Shown in pieces: positions 17,443-25,683 of a DNA stretch of 62,565 bases. Every line of letters starts with the position of its first letter. Within the stretch, counting starts at the first letter, position 1. The stretch is from an uncultured Prevotella sp. (GTDB lineage: Bacteria > Bacteroidota > Bacteroidia > Bacteroidales > Bacteroidaceae): positions 1 to 62,565 of the forward strand of contig CAMWKM010000001.1 of the NCBI GenBank assembly GCA_947174835.1, given 5' to 3'. Position numbers and translations under genes: made by a program. The notes beneath the pieces were generated by a model. That model had not been told where the DNA came from. It made no database searches and saw nothing but the letters and a program-made list of their open reading frames with translations.

Positions 17443-20400
17443 ATGAGAAAAATCTTATTTGCATTGGTTGTCTTGGGACTGACGGTGGTCAAGACCCACG
17501 CACAACTATCAACGAACCCGGATAAATTCCTGGGCAACATCACTACCAGTTATCAGATTGACTACGGCAATGAGAAGTTCTACACCCTATGGAACCAAAT
17601 TACGCCTGAGAACGAATCGAAGTGGGATCAGATTGAAGGAGGAAAACGGGGCAGTTTCAACTGGAGCAACTGCGATCGCATCTACAACTATGCCAAACAG
17701 CACAAATTCCCCTTCAAGTTTCACACGCTCGTCTGGGGCTCCCAGTATCCGAAATGGATGGACAATCTGTCGATGGAACAGCAGTATGCCGCCATCGTGG
17801 AGTGGATGGATGCCGTCAAGAAGCGCTATCCTGACCTGCAAATGATCGACGTGGTAAACGAGGCAGTGGCAGGACATGCCCCTGCTCCCTATAAAGAAGC
17901 CTTGGGCGGTGATGGCATAACGGGCTACGACTGGATTATCAAAGCCTTTGAAATGGCATACGAACGCTGGCCAAACGCCATCCTCATATACAATGACTAT
18001 AACACGTTCCAGTGGAATACCGACCAGTTTATCGAATTGGTGCGCACCCTGCGCGATGCCGGTGCACCCATTGATGCCTACGGTTGCCAGTCGCACGACC
18101 TGACAGGTTGTTCGGCAAGCACGCTACAGAATTCGATGAACAAGATACAGAATGCACTGAAGATGCCGATGTATATTACCGAATATGACATTGCTTCCAA
18201 TGACGACAATGCTCAGTTGCGCGACTATAAGGCTCAGTTCCCCTTGCTGTGGGAAGCTAATTACTGTGCAGGCGTTACCCTTTGGGGATATATTTACGGT
18301 AAGACGTGGACCGGTAATGCCGCGGATGGAACTCAAGGAAACTCAGGTCTCATCAAAGACGGCAAAGACCGCCCTGCCATGACATGGCTGCGCGATTACA
18401 TGAAGACAGACAAAGCCCAACAAGCCAAGAGCCCCTTCCCCGGCATGGTGAAGGAAGCTTCTATCTATGTGAAGCCCGCCACTCTGGGCGGTACGAAAGG
18501 CGAACCAGTGGAAATCACCGTCCGTGCCAAGATGAAGACAAAGACTATTGAGAAAGTAGACCTCTACGTCGGTAGCACACTTATCTCAACTATGACCGAA
18601 GCTCCCTACACGACCCAATACACACCGGCCAACAAAGGCACCTATACACTGAAGGCCGTGGTCACGACTACCGATGGAACGAAATACGAACGTCTGTCGC
18701 GCTATACAGCTTTCAATGAGCGTAAGCCATACAAAGGCGGCACGACACTGCCCGGAACGTTACAGTTTGAAAACTTCGATGAAGGCGGTGAAGGCCTGAC
18801 TTACCACGATTCTGACACCAAGAACGAAGGCGGTATTTCCTATCGTACCGATGCTCCCGGTGTTGATATCGTTACGGGCAACGGAGGTTATGCCCTCGGT
18901 TACACCGCCACCGGCGAATGGTTAGAGTACACAGTCAACGTGACTGAGGCTGGTATCTACAGCTATGAGGCATACGTATCATCAGGTTTGTCGGGATCAG
19001 GTTTCAGCGTAAGCCTGAAAGGAGACTATGGATTTACAGAACTTTGCAAGGTCAGCGTTCCGCAGACGGGTGACAATAACTGGGATAACTACCGTGCCGT
19101 GAAGGGCAATTTCAATATCCCGTTGGAAGCAGGGCAGCACATACTACGCGTCACCATCAATGGAGGCAACTGCAACCTCGACAAGATTGTACTGAAACGG
19201 ACATCGGAAGACGAGGGTGAGGACAAGGTCGATCCCAACTTCCACGTCTATCTCTGCTTCGGCCAGTCAAACATGGAAGGCAATGCTCAACCCGAAGCCA
19301 TAGACATGACAGCCGATGAGCGTTTCCAAATGCTGGCTACCTGCAACTTTGACAATCCTACACGTTCGTTGGGTCAATGGTACACCGCCACACCGCCCAT
19401 CGTAAGTCCCGCCGGCGGTCTGGGTATATCCGACTATTTCGGACGTACAATGGTTGAGAATCTGCCCGATGTGAAAGTTGGCGTTATAGCTGTTGCTATG
19501 GGTGGCAGTCCCATCGAGATGTTCGACAAGGACAAGTATGCACAGAAGATGGCCGATAATCCCAACGAGTGGTGGGCTACACTGGCCAAGCGATACTATG
19601 GCGGCAATCCTTATCAGCGAATCATAGATATGGCCAAGAAAGCACAAAAGGTGGGTGTCATCAAGGGTATTCTGCTGCATCAAGGTTGTTCGAACTGCGG
19701 TGATCCCAATTGGCCTGCTATGGTAAAGAAGATCTATGAGGACATGCTGGCTGATCTCAATCTCAAAGCAGAGGATGTTCCCCTCTTCGTCGGTGAGACG
19801 GAACGGGCCGACATGGGCGGAGGTTGCTCTTATCATAACACCCAAGTGGCACGTATGCCACAGGTCATCCCCACATCGCACGTAATCAGTTCAGAGAAGA
19901 TTCCCGGCAACGGCAAGGATGCCTGGCACTTCTCGGCTGCTGGCTATCGTATGTTCGGCAAGCGCTATGCCATCGCTGCTCTTCACCTAATGGGTATTGA
20001 CATAGAGGATGACACCACTCAGGGAGAGGATGCCAGCACCTTGATACCCGGTGAAACATACACAGACGTGGCATCGCTCGAAGGACAGACCTTTGCCATC
20101 GTCAACGAAAACATGAGGTATGCCCTCTATGGCAGCGACAATCAGAACTTGGGTTACGACGGCTATGCCACAGCCTTTGCATCTACCAATACAGGCTACC
20201 TGTTCAAGGCTGAGGGCGTTACCGTCAACGGAAAGAAATACTATCTGTTGCGACTCATCACTCCAATGGGCAACGGATATGAAATCTGGGGCAACCCCGG
20301 TTACCTGAATACACAGTCTGCCGACGGATGGTGCAGCTTCATCTTAGGACTGAACGGTCAGAATGGTCAGGACATCAAAAACGGTGCTGTCTGGGACATC

Positions 20401-20655
20401 CAGTACGTTGAGGGCAAGGGCTTCACGCTCAAGAACATTGCTACAGAACTTTATTTGATAGGCAACGGCCCAGCCAACGGTGAGACACCCGTCTACTGGA
20501 ACCTGTGCAAACTGAAGATGGGAAGCACAGCCATACAGCAAGTCACAGATAGCCGACCTGCCGAGAATGTTTACTACGACCTCTACGGACGTCGTGTCGC
20601 CAAGCCCGGAAAGGGACTCTATATCGTCAATGGCAGAAAAGTCTTCCTAAAATAA
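17443..20655 (+). CDS. Multimodular xylanase/acetyl xylan esterase: GH10 + Ig-like + CBM6-like + CE6 + unknown domain + T9SS CTD
   Basis: TPENESKW, HTLVWGSQ, DVVNE, NDYN, ITEYD (GH10); GEWLEYTV (CBM); [16 protein letters not shown] (CE6); YYDLYGRRV..GLYIVNGRKV CTD. Confidence 0.9.
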   Translation: MRKILFALVVLGLTVVKTHAQLSTNPDKFLGNITTSYQIDYGNEKFYTLWNQITPENESKWDQIEGGKRGSFNWSNCDRIYNYAKQHKFPFKFHTLVWGSQYPKWMDNLSMEQQYAAIVEWMDAVKKRYPDLQMIDVVNEAVAGHAPAPYKEALGGDGITGYDWIIKAFEMAYERWPNAILIYNDYNTFQWNTDQFIELVRTLRDAGAPIDAYGCQSHDLTGCSASTLQNSMNKIQNALKMPMYITEYDIASNDDNAQLRDYKAQFPLLWEANYCAGVTLWGYIYGKTWTGNAADGTQGNSGLIKDGKDRPAMTWLRDYMKTDKAQQAKSPFPGMVKEASIYVKPATLGGTKGEPVEITVRAKMKTKTIEKVDLYVGSTLISTMTEAPYTTQYTPANKGTYTLKAVVTTTDGTKYERLSRYTAFNERKPYKGGTTLPGTLQFENFDEGGEGLTYHDSDTKNEGGISYRTDAPGVDIVTGNGGYALGYTATGEWLEYTVNVTEAGIYSYEAYVSSGLSGSGFSVSLKGDYGFTELCKVSVPQTGDNNWDNYRAVKGNFNIPLEAGQHILRVTINGGNCNLDKIVLKRTSEDEGEDKVDPNFHVYLCFGQSNMEGNAQPEAIDMTADERFQMLATCNFDNPTRSLGQWYTATPPIVSPAGGLGISDYFGRTMVENLPDVKVGVIAVAMGGSPIEMFDKDKYAQKMADNPNEWWATLAKRYYGGNPYQRIIDMAKKAQKVGVIKGILLHQGCSNCGDPNWPAMVKKIYEDMLADLNLKAEDVPLFVGETERADMGGGCSYHNTQVARMPQVIPTSHVISSEKIPGNGKDAWHFSAAGYRMFGKRYAIAALHLMGIDIEDDTTQGEDASTLIPGETYTDVASLEGQTFAIVNENMRYALYGSDNQNLGYDGYATAFASTNTGYLFKAEGVTVNGKKYYLLRLITPMGNGYEIWGNPGYLNTQSADGWCSFILGLNGQNGQDIKNGAVWDIQYVEGKGFTLKNIATELYLIGNGPANGETPVYWNLCKLKMGSTAIQQVTDSRPAENVYYDLYGRRVAKPGKGLYIVNGRKVFLK

Positions 20656-20669
20656 AACGAGGAAAGAAT

Positions 20670-22532
20670 ATGAAAAAACTCATCGTATCAACCATACTCC
20701 TATGGAGTCTGACCCTAACGGTATGGGCACAACCGAACAGAATATCCTCAACGGTGTGCCATACCGATGGAACGGTAACCTTCAACTATCGCAACGACAA
20801 CGCAAAAGAAGTGCTTGTCGACGTGCAGTTTGCCGGGCGCAACCCGATGACCCGCGATTCTGTGACAGGTCTCTGGAGCGTCACGTTAGGGCCTGCCGCC
20901 CCCGATATGTACCCTTATTGCTTCATTGTCGACGGCATCAGCATAATGGATCCTGAGAACCCTCAATATTTCCCCAACGAAGGTTTCAAGAACAGTCTAT
21001 TAGAAATTCCCGGTGGCGGCACGTTGCCCCATGACATCTGCGACGTACCTCATGGCCGCATTGAGTATGTACACTACTACTCAAAGGTCGTTGACGGCAC
21101 CAATAATGCCGTGGTCTACCTGCCCCCTACCTACCAGACAGACCAGCAGAAGAGATATCCCGTATTCTACCTTATTAGTGGAACCACCGATACCGAAGAG
21201 GTTTATTATAAGGTTGGGCGTGTCAACTATATTCTCGACAACCTCATTGCATCCAAGCAAGCCAAGGAAATGATAGTGGTGATGCCCTATGGCAATCCTT
21301 CACACTTCGATTTGCTCAGCGATCTGATGCCTTATATAGAGCAAAACTATCGCACGGTGAACAACCGTGAACACCGTGCGATAGGTGGTTTTTCGCGTGG
21401 CGGCAATCAGGCACTCTATAATGGTCTGACGAACCTCGACAAATTCAGCTACCTATGTAGTTACAGTTCGTTTACATCGACCGACATTCCCGATGTGTAT
21501 GACCATGCTGCCGAGACCAACAAGCAGATACGTCTGTTCTGGCTTGGCGTGGGCACCGATGATTTCCTCTATGGCAATGCCCGCGACTATATGCAATTCC
21601 TTGATGACAAAGGCATACGTAGCGTGAAACTGTTGACCACCGACAAGTTCGGTCACACATGGATGAACGCCAAATACTTTCTGGCAAAGACTCTGCCATT
21701 GCTGTTCAACAAGAAAGCAGCCGAGGCTGCTATGAGCGAAGCCCAGCCTGCTCCCGCCGCCACAGGCAACGAAAAGCAGTTTACACCTGAAGTGATGGCC
21801 CGTATGTTCCCCCGTCCTATCATCTCACCAGATTATAGCGATGAGGGCGTCACCTTCCGTTTCAAGGCTCCCAAAGCCCAGCGGGTAGAACTGGAATGTG
21901 AGATGCTACCGGAGAATATCACGATGCAACGCGACTCCGATGGCGTATGGAGTGCAACACTCAATGACTATCTTTTCGATACCTACCGCTATTGTTTTGT
22001 GGTTGACGGCACCCGCGTGGCCGACCCCAACAACATGTACCTCTCGCCCGATCAGGGCTTTAAGTACAGCGTAGCCGATAACCCGACCTCACCTTTCAAC
22101 TTTGCCTCACAAGGTAATATCCGCCACGGGCGCACCAGTTACGACTTAGAGCGTAATGAAGGTTGGTATATTTCGCCTATGCCCCGTCAGGGAATGACCA
22201 TACCCCGAATGATACAATTGGTGCCCGGAGAAGGTGATACGATGGAGAGTTGGTTCAAGGTGGGCGGTGCCGATGCTATTGCCGACCGCCTGCTGGCTGA
22301 CGGCAAAACCAAGCCCTGCATCATCACCACCAGTTCGCTTGATGCCATGCAAGGTATGATGCCACAGATGCCGGGCTTTGAACCGAAGGTGCTACGTGCA
22401 GACGACTATCCCACATGGACCTTGCGCCGCCGCGCTTTGATAAAGCTACTCATCGACTTGGGCAAGGAACAAGCTCCCGCTTTCCCCGGCATGGGCGGAT
22501 TCGGAGGAGGCTTCGGTGGTCATGATTTCTAA
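20670..22532 (+). CDS. CE1 esterase (CBM48-CE1) followed by a second CBM48 and a degenerate esterase fragment
   Basis: DGTVTF..Y.FIVDG..DP (CBM48-like), VPHG, VYLPP.Y, RAIGGFSRGG, GTDD, GHTW; the second module has no GxSxG. Confidence 0.82.
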   Translation: MKKLIVSTILLWSLTLTVWAQPNRISSTVCHTDGTVTFNYRNDNAKEVLVDVQFAGRNPMTRDSVTGLWSVTLGPAAPDMYPYCFIVDGISIMDPENPQYFPNEGFKNSLLEIPGGGTLPHDICDVPHGRIEYVHYYSKVVDGTNNAVVYLPPTYQTDQQKRYPVFYLISGTTDTEEVYYKVGRVNYILDNLIASKQAKEMIVVMPYGNPSHFDLLSDLMPYIEQNYRTVNNREHRAIGGFSRGGNQALYNGLTNLDKFSYLCSYSSFTSTDIPDVYDHAAETNKQIRLFWLGVGTDDFLYGNARDYMQFLDDKGIRSVKLLTTDKFGHTWMNAKYFLAKTLPLLFNKKAAEAAMSEAQPAPAATGNEKQFTPEVMARMFPRPIISPDYSDEGVTFRFKAPKAQRVELECEMLPENITMQRDSDGVWSATLNDYLFDTYRYCFVVDGTRVADPNNMYLSPDQGFKYSVADNPTSPFNFASQGNIRHGRTSYDLERNEGWYISPMPRQGMTIPRMIQLVPGEGDTMESWFKVGGADAIADRLLADGKTKPCIITTSSLDAMQGMMPQMPGFEPKVLRADDYPTWTLRRRALIKLLIDLGKEQAPAFPGMGGFGGGFGGHDF

Positions 22533-22558
22533 CAGACAACCAAATACAGGAGATAACA

Positions 22559-23707
22559 ATGAAGAGTTTTTTAGCGACGATCGTACTATTGGTATTGTGT
22601 CTACAGACCCCTGCTCAGGAACTCCCCCGCGTTTATGAGCAGGAGAATACAGGCTGTATGTTTCCGGCTCCACCGATGCTTGCAGTTGATGAACTGCCCG
22701 TGATACACGACCTGCCTGATGCTCTTCTTTGGCATAATGGCAGCGGGCGCGTCACAGACTTTAACGACTGGGAACGACGGCGCAATGAAATTGCCGCAAT
22801 GATACAGCACTACGGCATTGGCATCAAGCCTCAGGTTGCCCAAGAGCAGATCCGTGCTCGCATGGACGGTGATACACTCATCGTTGAAGTGACGGTAGGC
22901 TCTCAAAGCCTGACGCTCCGTTCAACCATCCATTATCCCAAGGTGGGACAGCCACCCTACGCACTGATGATAGGTACCAGTATGTTGGCCCTGCCCAAGG
23001 TACTTTTCGACAATCGCCCTATTGCCACGATGAACTTCCACGAGGCTCAGGTCAACGACTACTCACAATGGCGTAAGCATCATGAGCGCGGTCAACATGA
23101 CTTTGACCGTCTCTATCCAGAACTGAAAGACAATGGTGCTTATAGTGAATGGGCTTGGGGCATGAGTCGTCTCATAGACGGTCTACAGCTGTTGGGGACT
23201 TCACAGACAAAGATCGACTGTCGTCGTATTGGTGTCAGTGGCTGTTCATACGCAGGCAAGATGGCTCTTTTCTGCGGTGCCTTTGATGAACGCATTGCTC
23301 TTACCATCGCTCAGGAACCCGGTGGTGGCGGTGCTGCCGCATGGCGCACCTCTCACCAGATGGACAGCGTGGAATGTCTTGACAAGACCGACTACCATTG
23401 GTTCATGGAAAGTCAACGACAGAATTTTGGCGGTAACAATGTCTATCGCCTGCCCTACGACCATCATGAACTCTGTGCGATGGTATGTCCACGCGCTCTG
23501 CTACTGCTCGGCAATCCCGACTACAAATGGCTGGCCGATGAGTCTATGCGTGTTTCGGCTGATGCAGCCCGACAGGTGTGGCAGCAATTCGGCATCAGCG
23601 ATCGTTTTGGCTGCGACATTGTGGGCGGACATCCTCACTGCCAACTGCCTGAAAGCCAATATCCTATCGTACAATCGTTTATCGACCGTTTCCTACTCTA
23701 CCCATAA
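22559..23707 (+). CDS. CE15 glucuronoyl esterase-like protein
   Basis: W..RR.EI, WAWGMSRLIDGL, GVSGCSYAGK, GAFDERI, QEPGGGG, LPYDHHEL, PRALL, HPHC. Confidence 0.85.
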   Translation: MKSFLATIVLLVLCLQTPAQELPRVYEQENTGCMFPAPPMLAVDELPVIHDLPDALLWHNGSGRVTDFNDWERRRNEIAAMIQHYGIGIKPQVAQEQIRARMDGDTLIVEVTVGSQSLTLRSTIHYPKVGQPPYALMIGTSMLALPKVLFDNRPIATMNFHEAQVNDYSQWRKHHERGQHDFDRLYPELKDNGAYSEWAWGMSRLIDGLQLLGTSQTKIDCRRIGVSGCSYAGKMALFCGAFDERIALTIAQEPGGGGAAAWRTSHQMDSVECLDKTDYHWFMESQRQNFGGNNVYRLPYDHHELCAMVCPRALLLLGNPDYKWLADESMRVSADAARQVWQQFGISDRFGCDIVGGHPHCQLPESQYPIVQSFIDRFLLYP

Positions 23708-23718
23708 ACTATTAACCA

Positions 23719-25545
23719 ATGAAATATACAATGATGAAAAGAACATTATTATCTGCTATCATGTTGGGACTGACCACAGTGATCATGGCCCAACCTGCAG
23801 GAGGTTTTGGCGGTTTCCAAATACCGAAAGTACAATTGGAAACCTCACAACAGTGGAAAGACGTAAATTATGCCGGCGATGAACAGGCCTACCACACCTG
23901 CGACATCTATCTGCCCAAGGAGGAACGCGAAAGCTATCCTGTGGTTATCCACATCTATGGCAGCGCCTGGTTCAGCAACAACAGCAAGGGAGCAGCCGAT
24001 CTGGGCACTATTGTCAAGAGCCTGCTTGAGGCCGGCTATGCCGTAGTATGTCCCAACCACCGCTCTTCTATGGATGCCAAATGGCCTGCCCAACTTCACG
24101 ATATCAAAGCCGTTGTGCGTTTTGTCAAGGGCGAAGCCAAGAAGTATAAGTTCGATCCCTCATTCGTGGCTGTCAGCGGTTTCTCATCAGGCGGTCATCT
24201 GGCCTCTGTCACCGCAACCACCAGCAGCACCCGTGAGACAAATGTCGGTACCGTTGCTATTGATCTTGAAGGTTCGTTGGGGAACTATACACAGGAAAGC
24301 AGCAAAGTAAATGCCGCCTGTGACTGGTCGGGCCCCATTGACCTAACTGCAATGGACTGCGGTGATCACATGAAGATGGGTGCCGACAGCCCCGAGGACA
24401 TGTTGCTCGCCTCGAAATTGGATAAAGAACCCGACAAATATCTCAGTCTGAGTGCCAACACTTATATAGACCGTAACGACCCACCTATTATTATATTCCA
24501 CGGTGAAAAAGATAATGTGGTGCCCGTCTGTCAAGGAAAAAAGTTCTATGAGGCATTGCAAAACGCCGGTGTAAAGACACAGGCTACCTTTGTGCCTGAG
24601 GGCGGTCACGGCATGGGTATGTACAGCAAAGAGAATCTACAGAAGATGGTTGCTTTCCTCAACGAGGCACGTGGTTGTCATAAATGTGGCAAGTGTGCCA
24701 AGAAAACCCTGTCGCGCATTGTGGAGGATGGCGGTACAGGTGCCTACAAAGCCGTGATGAAAGAAGAAGCCTCGCTGAAGGCTCACACTGTATTCGTGCC
24801 GCAAGACCTTTCGGTCTTCAACGCAGAAAAGCCTCTGCCCGTACTTGTTTGGGGCAATGGTGCCTGCACCGATTCGCCTTGGGAACACTACAAATTCCTC
24901 AATGAGATTGCCTCCAACGGTTACCTTGTGCTGGCTACGGGTTATATACCCATGAACGATGAGCCTTATCAAGGCCCCATGTCCTCCACCCAACAGCAGA
25001 TTGAAAGCATCGACTGGGCCTTTGCACAGAATGCCGACCCGGAATCACCCTATTATCAGAAGATTGACACCCGGCATATCTGTGTAGCCGGTATGTCGTG
25101 CGGTGGTTTGCAGACTCTCTTCAATTGTGCTGATCCCCGCATTACGACCCTGATGATTTGCAACAGTGGACTCTTCAACCAGCAGAATGCCTCTCAGGCT
25201 GTTGGTGGTATGCCTATGCCTCCCAAAGAGAAACTCACCGAGATTCATACTCCCGTCATCTATATCCTTGGAGGTAAGGAGGATATCGCCTACGAAAATG
25301 GTATGGATGATTTCCATCGCATCAATCATGTTCCGGCCTGTGCGGCCAATTTCCCCGTTGGTCATGGGGGTACTTACCGCCAACCTCACGGTGGCGAGTT
25401 TACCATCCCCGCCTTGGCTTGGCTCAACTGGCAACTGAAAGGCGACAAGCAAGCCGCCAAAATGTTTGTCGGCAAAAACTGCGGTCTGTCAAAACGCAAG
25501 GATTGGACCATAGAAAAAAATGCTCTCCTTAAAGCTATGAAATGA
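23719..25545 (+). CDS. Tandem alpha/beta-hydrolase (BD-FAE/HSL-like esterase fused to a second GxSxG hydrolase)
   Basis: Domain 1 HIYGSAW, GFSSGGHLA, HGEKD, GGHG; domain 2 WGNG, AGMSCGG, GGKED, VGHGG. Confidence 0.82.
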   Translation: MKYTMMKRTLLSAIMLGLTTVIMAQPAGGFGGFQIPKVQLETSQQWKDVNYAGDEQAYHTCDIYLPKEERESYPVVIHIYGSAWFSNNSKGAADLGTIVKSLLEAGYAVVCPNHRSSMDAKWPAQLHDIKAVVRFVKGEAKKYKFDPSFVAVSGFSSGGHLASVTATTSSTRETNVGTVAIDLEGSLGNYTQESSKVNAACDWSGPIDLTAMDCGDHMKMGADSPEDMLLASKLDKEPDKYLSLSANTYIDRNDPPIIIFHGEKDNVVPVCQGKKFYEALQNAGVKTQATFVPEGGHGMGMYSKENLQKMVAFLNEARGCHKCGKCAKKTLSRIVEDGGTGAYKAVMKEEASLKAHTVFVPQDLSVFNAEKPLPVLVWGNGACTDSPWEHYKFLNEIASNGYLVLATGYIPMNDEPYQGPMSSTQQQIESIDWAFAQNADPESPYYQKIDTRHICVAGMSCGGLQTLFNCADPRITTLMICNSGLFNQQNASQAVGGMPMPPKEKLTEIHTPVIYILGGKEDIAYENGMDDFHRINHVPACAANFPVGHGGTYRQPHGGEFTIPALAWLNWQLKGDKQAAKMFVGKNCGLSKRKDWTIEKNALLKAMK

Positions 25546-25608
25546 ATCAATAACCTGAGGTGAAATCATATAGTGAAGGTGAGTCAATGCAACCTTCTAC
25601 TGCTTAAT

Positions 25609-25651
25609 AAAAAAAGTATCGCCCCGCAAGCAGATGAGCTACGGGGCGATA
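25609..25651 (-). terminator. Intrinsic terminator between convergent genes
   Basis: tatcgccccg (25617-26) and cggggcgata (25642-51) stem with an A run on the left (U tract on the minus strand). Confidence 0.75.
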
Positions 25652-25683
25652 ATTATTGCTTGTTTGTACCTTAGGTACTAGCC

